Assembly (NCBI RefSeq): GCF_009834535.1
Contig: NC_045697.1
Coordinates: 13,642,001 to 13,702,000 of the forward strand
From: Camelus ferus
Lineage: Eukaryota
Length of the DNA stretch: 60,000 nt
Reading direction: 5' to 3'
Shown here piece by piece: positions 12,001 through 24,129 of this stretch; within the stretch, counting starts at the first letter, position 1; the number at the start of each line of letters is the position of its first letter. The translations under genes and the position numbers were made by a program. Below the pieces are notes generated by a model that was not told the DNA's origin, ran no database searches, and saw only the letters and a program-made list of their open reading frames with translations.

Positions 12001-12815
12001 TAGAAGAAATAAAAGCAAGAATAAACAAATGGGACCTAATGAAACTTACACGCTTCTGCACAGCAAAGGAAACCAGAAATAAAACAGGAAGAAAACCTAC
12101 GGAATGGGAGAAAATTTTTGCAAGTGAAACCGACAAAGGCTTGATCTCCAGAATATATAAGCAGCTCATATGACTCAATAACAAAAAAATAAACAACACA
12201 ATCCAAAAATGGGCAGAAGACCTAAACAAGCAATTCTCCAAGGAAGACATACAAATGATCAAAAAGCACATGAAAAAATGCTCAATATCACTAATTATCA
12301 GAGAAATGCAAATCAAAACTACAACGAGGTATCACCTCACACCAGTCAGAATGACCGTCATTCAAAAATCCACAAATGACAAATGCTGGAGAGGCTGTGG
12401 AGAAAGGGGAACCCTCCTACACTGCTGGTGGGAATGCAGTTTGGTGCAGCCACTATGGAAAACAGTGTGGAGATTCCTCAAAAGACTAGGAATAGACTTA
12501 CCATATGACCCAGGAATCCCACTCCTGGGCTTGTATCCAGAAGGAAATCTACTTCAGGATGACACCTGCACCCCAATGTTCATAGCAGCACTATTTACAA
12601 TAGCCAAAACATGGAAACAGCCTAAATGTCCATCAACAGGTGACTGGATAAAGAAGAGGTGGTATATTTATGCAATGGAATACTACTCAGCCATAAAAAC
12701 CGACAACATAATGCCATTTGCAGCAACATGGATGCTCCTGGAGAATGTCATTCTAAGTGCAGTAAGCCAGAAAGAGAAAGAAAAATACCATATGAGATCC
12801 ATATGTGGAATCTAA
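9021..12815 (+). pseudogene. ORF2: LINE-1 ORF2p (APE endonuclease, reverse transcriptase, CCHC domain), 1264 codons with one premature TGA at 12171-12173
   Basis: ORFs 9021-12173 and 12255-12815 are in one frame with no other stop; GDFN, SRIDH, TDH, QGCPLSP, YADD (11115-11126), CWRGC...HCWWEC. Confidence 0.96.
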
Positions 12816-12910
12816 AAAACAAAAACAAAAACAAACAAACAAACAAAAACAAACGTAAATAAAGGACAGAAATAGACTCACAGACAGAGAATACAGACTT
12901 GTGGTTACCA

Positions 12911-12932
12911 GGGGGATGGAGGGTGGGAAGGG
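12911..12932 (+). other. G-rich putative G-quadruplex tract in the L1 3'UTR (also 40851-40872)
   Basis: gggggatggagggtgggaaggg has four runs of at least three G. Confidence 0.55.
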
Positions 12933-13149
12933 ATAGACTGGGATTTCAAAATTGTAGAATAGACTACACTGTATAGCACAGGGAAATATACACAAAATGT
13001 TATGATAACTCACAGAGAAAAAAATGTGACAATGAGTGTGTATATGTCCATGAATAACTGAAAAATTGTGCTAAACACTGGAATTTGACACAACATTGTA
13101 AAATGATTATAAATCAATAAAAAATGTTAAAAAAAAAAAAAAGATGTGG

Positions 13150-13253
13150 TGTATATACACAGTGGAATACTACTCAGCCATAAAAAAGAATAAAATAATG
13201 GCATTTGCTGCAACATGGATGGACCTGGAGATCGTCATTCTAAGTGAAGGAAG
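13150..13253 (-). mobile_element. Older 5'-inverted L1, right part (ORF2 C-terminal DNA reading on +)
   Basis: tgtatatacacagtggaatactactcagccataaaaaagaa is colinear with 5886-6026 once the young L1 and one TSD copy are removed. Confidence 0.85.
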
Positions 13254-13514
13254 CCATTGTGTCTTTTCACTTTCAGCACAGCTTTCAATAAATTACATGA
13301 AGTATTAGGCACTTTATTATAAAATAGTCTTCATTGTAGATGATTTTGCCCAACTGTAAGTTAGTGTAAGTGATCTGAGCACATTTAAGGTAGGCTAGGC
13401 TAAGCTATGATATTTGGTAAGTTCAGTGTATTACATGCATTTTTGACTTATAGTATTTTCAACTTATGATGGGTTTATTGGTATATAACCTTCTTGTAAG
13501 TAAAGGAAGATAGG
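13254..13514 (-). mobile_element. MER47/Tigger5-like DNA transposon, right half
   Basis: ttttcactttcag...gatgattttgcccaactgta...taaggtaggctaggctaagctatgat...gggtttat, followed by TA at 13515-13516. Confidence 0.8.
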
Positions 13515-13939
13515 TAAAGCTACCAAATATTAGACCAAAAGTCAAATCCAATCTGTCTCACCTGGAAACAAACCTAAAAATTGTTAACACTTGGAATGCT
13601 TATGATTATATTAACAAGCTACACTGGAAGGAAAGGGGTGGGCACTGATTCTTTGGTTAGTAACTCTCACTCATTCTAGATTCCTTGGACCCCAGTGACT
13701 TTTTTCATACTTCTTATATTTCATAACCCAAAGTCAGATGTTAAAGCATTCTGTCTCCTTGATTGTCTCTAAATGCTGTCCTGGGTTCTTTGAAAGAAAC
13801 TGACACTACAAACTTGATTCCTAGAAAAAATATAAATACAGGATGGTTAAGGTTCATACTCCCAGCCAGACCTGACCTAGGTTATGAGTGATGCTAATGC
13901 ATATGCTCAGAGTGAAACATGGCCCATGGAATTGCACGT

Positions 13940-14190
13940 AGTATAGCACAGTGGTTAAAACTAAGCTTCAGGGTGGGGTTGCTTGGGTTTACATCCCTAC
14001 TAGGCTATATATATTGGATATGTAAGGTTAGCCAATTTATTAACTTATACACCCTATTTTTCTCATCAGCAAAATATTGATAACAATTGTGCCTAATTTA
14101 GAGGTCTTGTAAAGATTAAATAAAATAATTCATAAAACGCATATATCACCTGATTCATGGTAATGGCTCAATAATTTTTAGTTCTTACTA
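13940..14190 (+). mobile_element. MIR SINE
   Basis: gtatagcacagtggttaa...ttttctcatcagcaaaat...tgtaaagattaaa. Confidence 0.65.
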
Positions 14191-14339
14191 CTACTTTGAG
14201 GGTGAAGAGACCTAATGTGATGTGCTCATGCTTTTTCTCTTTCATCCCCCCCCTAGCTACCTCCATCCTTACCATAACAGTACACACACAACCTTGTGTA
14301 TAGCACAATCTGGCTCGTAACTATGAAGACTTCCTGAAT

Positions 14340-15240
14340 GGTCCCGGAAGAGTCTGAGCATGCTTCTCCCTCAGGAACTTTGCATCTGTCCATTCCCTTA
14401 ACTGGAATACTCTTTCTGCAAATAGTTGTATGGTTAACCTCTGTACTTCCTTTGGGATTCTGACCAAATTCCAGTGGCTCAGAGAAGTCTTTCTTGACAA
14501 CACTTTTAAAAAGGCAGCCTAATCAATTTATATCTTCTGACCTGCTCCATTTTTTTTTGTTTAGCACTGCTTGTTACTTCACTTGTAATTTACAGCCATT
14601 CATGGCTGAATACCTGCTTCACAATGTCAAGGACAGCTAGCTGCCAGCAAATAGCGCCTCTCTTCTTCCTTAGCTGTGGTATCTATGTCATCAGCACAGC
14701 AGTACTGCTAAGTAAAAGACTTCATTTCCCAGTGTGTTTTGCTGCTGATTATGGGCATGACCAAGTCCTGACCAATTAGACGTAAGCAAAATCTGGTGCT
14801 GGATTCCTGGGAAGGATACTGAAAAAGAAAACTCTCCACAGAAGTGAGTCCCTGTTGTTCTTCGACCCCTTCAAGATCCCTGGAACATGGACATGCTAGT
14901 TGGAGCTCAAACAGCAATCAAGGATTATAAGGTGGCTTTGAGGATGGAAGCCATGTGCTCCAGTGGAGAAGCAGATGGCATGAAAGGAACCATATAAGTG
15001 AGTTGTGCTCTACCTAAATCCTTTGCTGTTATATGAAATAGAAATCCTTGCAAATTTGGTCAAGCCCTTGCTGCTATTAGCTGAACACAAATCCCTTACT
15101 AGTTAATTCTTCTGTTGAAAAGTAGGGTCCATGAAGGCCAGCTGTGAATTATTTGTCTTTTTTTATATTGCAGTTGTAATGCCTGGAATAGTACTTGGCA
15201 CATGGTACATCATCAATTAGCATTTTTAAAATAAATGAAC
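14340..15240. mobile_element. L2 fragments (+) interrupted by an old MLT1-like LTR (~14600-15100)
   Basis: L2-like ctcaggaactttgcatctg...ggaatactctt and gcctggaatagtacttggcacatggta flank MaLR-like gggcatgaccaagtcctgaccaat. Confidence 0.45.
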
Positions 15241-16139
15241 AAAAACAACCAAATATCCACTATATGTGTATTCCAAAAAAAAAAAAAGATGAAAAAGATA
15301 TATGTGATTTAAATGTCTGCTATCATCCGAAAAATGATGGGTCATTAGGCATGTTTCTATTGTCACTTTATTAATTTTATTGTATTTATTGAACATAGCA
15401 TTGTTCAAGATGAGTGTCAGGTGTTCAAATAAAATAACTCTTGTCTCAGTCAGCATGTTGTAGCCTGGATTAAATTGATGAATATTTTTAGTACCACCTG
15501 TGAATCTGACATTGGATTAGAAGTTTTAGGGATATAGGAGATATAAATCTTAGTTTATAAACTTGGCTGAGCCAGAAATATTATATTCCTTTATTTTCTC
15601 TTATTCAATTTAAATATAATCTGAGCCTAGCATACATAGCTGACTAAGATCTCAGTAAGAGCTATAATGGGAATTCCCTTCCACTCCAAGTTTGGACAAG
15701 ATCTCAAGCTCTGAAGCATATCCAAAGGATTGGGAGGTCTTTCTGCTCAAAGTCCTTTTGCCCATCCATGTTTCTGTTATGACCTCCCTGTCTCACAGCC
15801 CATGATTCCTTTAGATTCAGCAAACTGCAGTTATCAGAATCCTTGAAAAGGCACAAGTTCTTAGATCAGGGTGATCTGCAGGGACTGCTGTACCCCACTG
15901 GGTCCTTCCACCTAACCCCTTCCCCTCCCCACCTACTGGAAATCACTCTTCCCATAGTCCTCTGGTCCACATAACTATTCCCTTTCCTATCTCCAGCACA
16001 CCAAAGCTTTATATTTTTTGCAAAACATAGGAGGAAGAATTGTTCATTTCCAGCAGCTTCTGCTTCCTGGTCTATAAATATTACAGACGCAAAGACTTAA
16101 AAAGAAAGAGCTTGTAGGAAAACAAAGAAGGGAAACAAT

Positions 16140-16355
16140 ACAGACAGGAAAATAGAAATAAATCTCTCAGAACAATTTTGTACCACATGAAGATCATTTT
16201 GAATTCTCCTATTGACCTATCAAGAGGAGATAGTTTTTCCCACTATACAGATAAAAAAATAACAAAGCTCATAAATCTAAGTGAGAATGTGGTTGGAACG
16301 TGACTGAGTATGGATTTCAACCCAAGCATCTTTATATTTAGAAGTCCTGCCCCTC
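16140..16355 (-). mobile_element. MIR SINE fragment
   Basis: cccactatacagataaaaaaat...ggatttcaacccaagc. Confidence 0.45.
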
Positions 16356-19300
16356 TTTCCACTAGGACAGTGGTTTTCAGGCTTTATTCCGTAGCATTTT
16401 AGTGGCCCATGGAATTTGTCAGGGGAAACCAAGGTTCTCAGGAGAATTCTGAATGCACATGCTTCCAAGGTGGATTCTTTCTCTTAATCAGAGCAGTTCT
16501 GCATCTACCTGCTTAGCCGTTGTCCATACAATTACATAATACAGTAGATCCCTGTTGCTTAAGGCAATACTTTAATCTTTGTGCCATTATTTTTTTTTCC
16601 ATTTTCCTATGCAGCTATGTCATTTCTGCACACATATCACAGATAGCTCAGAAAAATTCTTCAGCAGTCTACTTCAGCACTGTGTAAGGAATATCTAAGT
16701 AATTATTTCCTAATATTAAAAGGCCAAAGTTTGAACCTAATATGCTTTTATTTAAAATTTTGAGCTGGTTTAAAGTCACTCTTATATTAAGTGTCCTCTC
16801 ACTCATATTTTATCTACATAGGCTTAGTGAGAAAGAGAGATATATCTATCAAGACTGTGCCTGGGAATTCAGCATCACCAATAGGAACATGCACACTGTA
16901 AAACTCAAACATGTGAGTGCCTTTGATCATGTAAATCATAGTCGAAAAATTGCTGATACCTGCTGCTTGGAACCCAGGATCACAGTAAGAAGAAAGGTCT
17001 GTTCCTATATTTTTAGTAGCTTGGGTTTCTCCAGCTAGCTATACTGTCAGAAGAGATTGGAGCTCTAAATCCATATTCTTCCGGTCCACCATGGTTATAA
17101 AATCATGAAATATGATATTTTTGGAAGATGAAGATGTACTTAAGAATATTTCCATTGGATTAGCAATTTTAAAATGCTATGAAATTAAAGACTTCCCATA
17201 GGAAAATGATCTTCCTAATCCTAGAGGAAAGAAAAGTGGTTGAGTTGGCCCCATGTAGGAAGACATCTTCTCAGATAATACCAAAGTTTCAAACCGGAGA
17301 ACATCAAATAGTGGCATTGTAGAAACAGGTCTTATGTTACTCTCCTTGCTTCTTAAATATACTGTGCCCTGGGCTTAGGAGAAGTACTGGCAGTTTATAT
17401 ATTTCTTTGGCTTGTGTTCAAAATAAAATTGGTAGAATCCATCTTCTTTTCATCCCCCTCAGCTCCTTCATCTAAAATTAGGCTTTCACTTGAACAGAGT
17501 CTTTAGCTTTATTATTTATTCAAAAAATTAAATACCAAGGGCAAAATCCAAGCAGGCCTCATTTTTTATATGGTCTGGAAATAATGATGCACACAAAGGC
17601 TGATAGGTTGACCAAGGATATACCACCACATAGCATCAGAGCCTAAATTTAAGCTCAGTCTGACTCTGAATCAATGCCCTTAGCCCCTGTGTAATTTTGG
17701 CTAAGACTGCAAAGCAGCAATAGTTTCAATAGAATGTTAACTGGATTTAGGCAGTTTGAATAACCCCTCCAAGTGACACAATATATTCCATTTAACAAGA
17801 ATATGATGAAAATTAATTCCTTTGCCTTCTCTAGTCTGGTGGCTAATGTTAAACTATGCATAGAAAGCATGCAATACACACTTCATTGATTAATTATTTA
17901 AAGCAATTATTTATCATACATTCTTTTGCTGTTTAAATATTCATCCATTCACTAGGCCTTGGGGATACAAAGAAGAATTGTAAGCAGACCACGGTGTCAA
18001 CACACTGTGCAGAGGTAGTTGCTGGGGGAGGAAGAAGCTGAAATACAGCCTAGACACTATTACCAACAGGGCACCCAAGCGACTTAAGTCACCAGAGAGT
18101 ATGTTTTTCCCTGATTCTCCATTTGGCTGATTCCATGTACCACAAAGGGGCTTATACTAGTAGTTTCTTCCCTGCCAAAGAGGTTATCTGCCAACAGGTA
18201 AATCCTGGCCAAGACCTCTCCAACAACTCCACATTCACATGCATTCCTACCAAACGCCACTCTACCAATACTAACAGCCCCCTTCCCGACCAAGTTTGGT
18301 CACCCTGCTTCTCATCCCTAAAATTGATGTGATTATTTCTGATTCCACATCTTCTCATGCCAACTCTCTTATCTGGTGTATATTTCGTTATTGTATCTTT
18401 CTAATTAAATCCTAACCGTTCATTGTTCAGAATCTAGTTCAATTACAACTCATTTCCCTCTTTACCCCACCCCATAACAATCCATCATTTCTTTAATTTC
18501 TTTGTCATTATAATTTATTGTAGCAATTAATTATTTGCAGGGTGCTCATCTCTGCAACCATGTAGTTTCCTCAAGTATGCGGGGTTTATCTCCTCAGCTA
18601 GATAAAATGTTCATGTCATATATTCTGAAAAATCTATTAATTCATTTTTACATCCAAAGATTTTATTAAACATGTATTCAATCTCATTGCCTGGCAATAA
18701 AAGTATCATTCCAAGAACTAAGAATACACCTAAAACTATAATAGCAAGAAACATTGTGCATTTAATGAGAATTTCATAAATATTGTTATATTTATATGAG
18801 GCTGATTGAATAAATGAATTAATGAACAGTGGTTAGTCAACAGGTCAACCTGAAAAGACACAATCCAATCTGGTTATTCTAATCAAAATTCTATAAGGGC
18901 GAAACAAGAAAAGTAAAATAAAAAGTACCATACTCCCAAAACTAAAAATTGCAATTAAAAATATTTTCCAATTAGTCATTAGTACCTTTCCCTCTTCAGA
19001 AAGGAAGACACATGTTGGGGCAATCTCAAGGGTCCACCAGTTCTCTATTTGCAATGGAGATCACTCATCTTTGAGTGACAGAATATGTAAACCAGGTCTG
19101 TTAAGCATTAGAAAGGTTTTGCTGTGATTAAAAAGACATTCTTGTTTATGCAAGTGAAATTGGCCTTTTTAATTTTCAATACCTTGTAATGATATGATGT
19201 GTTCTACCCTGTATCTATGACTTTTTCCAAATCACTCCTTCCTGGTTAATCTCCTGTCCATATATTTATTCTCCCCTACGAAGATCACTGTTACAGTCTT

Positions 19301-19961
19301 TGGACAGATCCCACTCTGCCTTTAAGAACACTGCAGCCATGAAGATCAAACCATTTATAAAGACCTTCTTTTATCAGGAAAATCAAGAGAACAACATTTA
19401 GGAATCTAATTCCTTTAGTAATAATCTCTTCTTTTTATTTAGAAAATGGAATCAGTTATGATCAAGGTGGAAAGAGTTTAGAAAGGCAGTTATTTGGGGC
19501 AATGAGAAGGAAGAATGTGGGAAGTATGCAGTTGTGTAGCCATTTTTATTTGTATCAATCATTCATTCTGTTCATCTGCAATATTTTAATCCTGAATATA
19601 TTATTCCTTAAAAAAAAGTATTATCTTAAGAATTCACTAGTTGCCCATCAGATGGGAGAGAAGACTAATATTGGGTTCTCCCTGTATATTGATGTTACCT
19701 GGGAAGTTTTACCCAATATATTAGAACTCCTTTTGTGGAAAGATACTCCCACTCAGTTCAGATTGATTTAAATATAAGAGAAAATTATTTGGATAATGAA
19801 ACAAAGTGTTCATGTTCTTGCTTCACTGTGGCACAATACCTTTAGGAACCTGTCTCTTTGTGTCTCTCAGATCTATTTTTCCCTGTGCTGGATTTGTGTT
19901 AAGACATGATCCCGTTATGGTAACACCAAGATGTTTCAAGATACTATATTATTATCTATAG

Positions 19962-20168
19962 CAGAGGCCAGCAAACTACAGCCCATGGACCAAGTCTGGT
20001 CTGAAACCTGTTTTTTATAAATAAAGTTTATAGGAACACAGCCAGGCTTATTGGGTTATGAGCTGGCTATGGCTTCTTTTACACTACAAGGCAGGGTGAG
20101 TAGTTACAGTAGAGATCAAATGACTCACAAAGCCTAAAATATTTACAGGCACAGTGAGCTGACCCATG
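19962..20168 (+). mobile_element. MER58A-like hAT-Charlie element
   Basis: cagcaaactacagcccatggaccaagtctgg...aaataaagttttataggaacacagcca...cacaaagcctaaaatattta. Confidence 0.8.
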
Positions 20169-20434
20169 AGCTGTAACAACACAAAATGAATTCTCTTTTA
20201 TAGTATGTCTCCACAAAAATCGTGGACTTATGTCTCATTTGTGTTATATGTCAATCTCTGTCTCAGAAACAATGACCAAAGGTTTGGTCTTCCATAGTAG
20301 GCCATTCTAGGGTCGTGTGCTCATGGATGGAGCTGAGATAGAGCCAGCCTCACCGCAACTGCATAAATTGATGGTGAGGAAGAGGTCACTCGCAGAAGGT
20401 GCAGTCATCACTTGAAGAAAGAGTGGCTTCTGGG

Positions 20435-20660
20435 TGTGTGAGTTTGCTAGGGCTGCTGTAACGAAGTCCTGCACATTAAGTGGCTTACACAACAAAAATG
20501 TATTGTCCTTTGGCTCTGGAGGGTAGAACTCCAAAACTGAGGGGTCGGCAGGGTTGGTCCCTCCTGAGAACTGTGAGGTAGGAGCTGTTCCAGGTCGCTC
20601 TCCTTGGTTTGTATGTAGGTCTTCTCTCTGTATCTCCTTACATATGGTCCTCATTTTGCC
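20435..20660 (-). mobile_element. MLT1 MaLR LTR fragment
   Basis: tgagtttgctagggctgctgtaac...gtggcttacacaacaaaaatgtattgtc...tctggagggtagaactccaaaa. Confidence 0.7.
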
Positions 20661-20714
20661 CCAAATAAAACTTAACCCACAACTCTCACATGGTGTGATT
20701 TTACTCTAGTTGAC

Positions 20715-21215
20715 AAATCTTTACAACAATCATATAATATTTACATTACTGTTTTTAGTTATGGATGAAGAAAGAAAACTCAGAGAAATTAGGGAGACAA
20801 GACTTGGAGAATTTGTGATTCTACCAAATCCCATGGCAGTTAAGAGGTAGAGTAGGAATTAGAAATCACGTCTCTGTGAGTCCAAAGCCCATATTCTTGG
20901 CACTCTCCTGCAGGATGGCAAGTGGGTCATTAAATAAGACGTGGACGCCAAGTACTCAGGTCTTAGAGAAAACGAGCAGCAGCAGAGAAGTGGCAGGGGT
21001 CATAAAAAGATGAGAGACTTTGTGGCTGGACTTCTGTTGTCTAATCATTGGCCACTTCTGTGACTCAGGACAGCAAACTTAATCAAACCTCAATCTGCTG
21101 TTAAATAAAATGAAGATGATGAAACCTGCCTCATAGAGTGGTCATGAAGACCAATATAACACAAATAAAATGCTTTGAACAGTGCCTGACAAATGAGCAC
21201 TAGATATAGTTGTGG
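20715..21215. mobile_element. Two MIR fragments (minus ~20715-20910, plus ~21040-21215)
   Basis: gaaaactcagaga...agtccaaagccc and taaaatgaagatgatgaaacctgcctcatagagtggtcatgaaga. Confidence 0.55.
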
Positions 21216-23739
21216 TCATTATAACAAGTATTGTGATTTTCAATGTCATTAATATTCTTTCCTCAACAATGTATTAGGTTGAATTTAATAAATTTACATG
21301 GGAAAAACATGTTATTTCATGACTATATTGACTCCCTTATATAATTTCAAACCCTTTCCAAAAATAAACACATACATTTATGGAGTTTTAAAAAATACAT
21401 AGTAGATATTGCCTCTTTAACTGTAAACATAAGAAAAACCATTTACCAAATGTTTACAAGAAGTCCTGATTGTAATGATACAAATATCTCCTGACTTCTT
21501 ACAGAATGAAATGTCACTTTTCACACTTTTTCATACTAAAGGAGTTTAATATCATAAAACTACAACAAAAATAAAGTTGTAAATACTGTTTTTCTTAAAC
21601 ATAAAACCAAATATTACTAAAAAAAAATCTTTAGGATCCTTTAAAAAGTTATAATCTAAATATATGGCTATAGAGGACAAGAAAAAATTGGTGGAGGTGT
21701 TTCCATAAATGGGTTATTTGAAAATGGTAAGAAATAAGGGGTAAACAGATCATTGTGTTATACTGAAATAAATAAATAAGATTTCTTAGTCAACTGTTTC
21801 TAGATTTTGAGGTTACTATGGTTTATGCTTTGCTGTGAGAAAAATACAGTGACTTTGTTCTGTTTATGGTTCTGAAAGATGATGGGACTGTCCTGAACAT
21901 CTTTTTCCACTCAGAAACTGTGTCCTGATAAGAATTTACTTAAAAGAGCAATAAATAGTTCTGTGTTTCAGTAGAAAAGAAAATGTCATCAATTTAAGTG
22001 GAGGAAAAAAGCAGAGTAATTACTATAGACAAGTGGGTAGTCTTTTTCTCAAGTGACAACTTGGAGTATTGAGACAAGACCAAGAGAAAGGCTGTACCAT
22101 TGACCAATTTTTGCCAAAGATCAAATGAAGGTGACATTCCCTTGAACACGTTATTTTCTCCAACATGTTCCAAACCAGACCCACTGGACTGTTAGCTTTG
22201 ATTAAGAAGAAACCTTTGCATACAGCAATTATAAAAATGCAAATGACCCTCTGAACAGGTGGCTTGTCCCTATAATCTCCCCCCCAAACCCAGAATCTTT
22301 TATCTAAATTGCTTGTATATGTTTATGTACTTGTTTGTATTATTTGAGACAACAATTTAATTCTAGGTGAAATGTGCTAATCGACTATGTAAAAATTAAA
22401 AGAAGTTTTAGAAAGTCTGTGGCTACCAAAGCATTATTGACATTTACCAGGAATATAAAACTTATGAAGATGATGGATGCACTTACAAGTTATAAAACAC
22501 ATACCGTTTTACAGGCTCATTGAAGAAAAACACAATTGGGAACCTTGGTGCAACATGTCCCTCTTAGTAATGGATAGCTGATGCTGATCGTGCTAAGCCT
22601 CTAGCTCATTCTGCTTAAAATATAATTTCTGAACCTGTACTTGTGTTCTTGGCTTTCTTATGAACTCATTAGGGAAGTTCAGACCCAAACCCACAAGTTT
22701 CCCATCATACAATTTATTCCTTCCCTTCCCCCGGCCTTGGCATATGCCCTTGCATTATTATTTCTGACTTTGTTTGTGAACGCCTGGTGGGAAAGACCTC
22801 AGAATTGGAAGCTCCAATTTCTTCTAGTTCTATTTCCCCTAATCCCTTTTTTCATCTATTGTTTTGCTTTATCTCTAGATTAAAACTTTCTAAATCAACT
22901 TTTAGAAAACGGCATGGCCCTCCAGGAGCTAGGAATATGGAAGAATGCAAAGAGAGGAAGAGGACGGATCAACAGCTTTTGTTGTTAGTTGGAATACGTA
23001 GCAGAAGAGAACCTCTACCAAACAAGGAAAATGGCCCCTAGCCATCCATGACCTGCGCTGACGGCTCCCTCAGTTTGCTTCCCACACCAAAGTTCTATGG
23101 AAATACATCTATCTAAATCAAAGAAGTTGAAACTTGTTTTTTGAGTTAAGCTTTCTTTTAAATACTGTATGTCAAATAGGTTCAAAGTATAATTTACATT
23201 TTTGCTCCCAGAATGTTACCAAAGAAGGGAGAAAGTACTTCCCACGATCATAGACTGTGTAGTCTTAATCGATACTTACACGCTAGTTAAATTTCTCCGA
23301 GATTAAGGCCCTCTTTAAATTGGGATATTGTTTTTGTGTCATTTCAGACTTTTGGAATCTAGCAGAAAGCAAATAACCACATGCGCAGACATTTATGAGA
23401 TGAACAGTCTTATTCATTGCCCCCTCAAAAAACTATACCCCATAATAAACAGGCAACTTTGGTTTTTCCCTAGCCTGCTTTGCATAAGTGTTACAGTCCT
23501 ACAAGCATTCTTGATCCAAATAATTGCTATGTGACTGCTGTTCGCATAAACAGTACTAAAATTTCAGTTTCCATCCAGCAAAAACATAATAGAATGATCA
23601 TATTTCAAATCTGACCTGTAAAGTTTCCGGGATATAAAATTAGAGCAGCCAAAGAAATGTGCTCTCAGAACTCCCTTTAAAAGAACCTGCTTCAAGGAGC
23701 ACGGTTGAATGGCAGCTTTCAGCAAAGACCCATTCGGAT

Positions 23740-24075
23740 TTATTAAGGATAACACCTGTGAATGATAAAGGACAAGGAAGCAAAAATGAGCAGGCAGAGC
23801 CTTCAGACTGTGATGTGGGTCTGACATTTGGGAAAGGAAATGAGAAGGAAGAATGACTGGGTAGGAAGAACCTCAGCTGGAGGTACAGTCCGTGTGCTTC
23901 ATTCATTATGAAGCCAGACCCCCCTGTGGCTCCCAGCCAGTGACTGAGTGCACTAGGCTACTGGGACCAGCCTATTTCTTCCTGAAGTGAAACGCCGGCT
24001 CAGAGACTCCCCATCAGACTCTTGGAGGTGCTCTCAGAACTGCCTATTCGTTACACACAACACTGTACACAACAC
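23740..24075. mobile_element. Old ERVL-type LTR fragment (LTR33/LTR41-like)
   Basis: gagccttcagactgtgatgtgggtctgaca...gggtaggaagaacctcag resembles recalled ERVL LTR consensus. Confidence 0.45.
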
Positions 24076-24129
24076 AAATATACAATCAGTCCCACTGTCT
24101 TCCCTCAAGGAAAGCATCAAGAAGAAAGA

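Larger units (their letters stand above)
6027..13140 (+). mobile_element. Full-length young LINE-1 retrotransposon (~7.1 kb), predicted non-autonomous
   Basis: GC-rich 5'UTR, ORF1, spacer, ORF2 (EN, RT YADD, CCHC), 3'UTR, AATAAA 13116-13121, poly(A) from 13129; TSD aagatgtgg at 6018-6026 and 13141-13149. Confidence 0.98.

Noticed and set aside
7815..12316. Minus-strand ORFs of 65-202 aa overlapping L1 ORF1/ORF2, and the mirror ORF 39778-40338
   Set aside because: Antisense shadows of A-rich L1 coding sequence (F/L/S/I-rich), seen routinely in L1s
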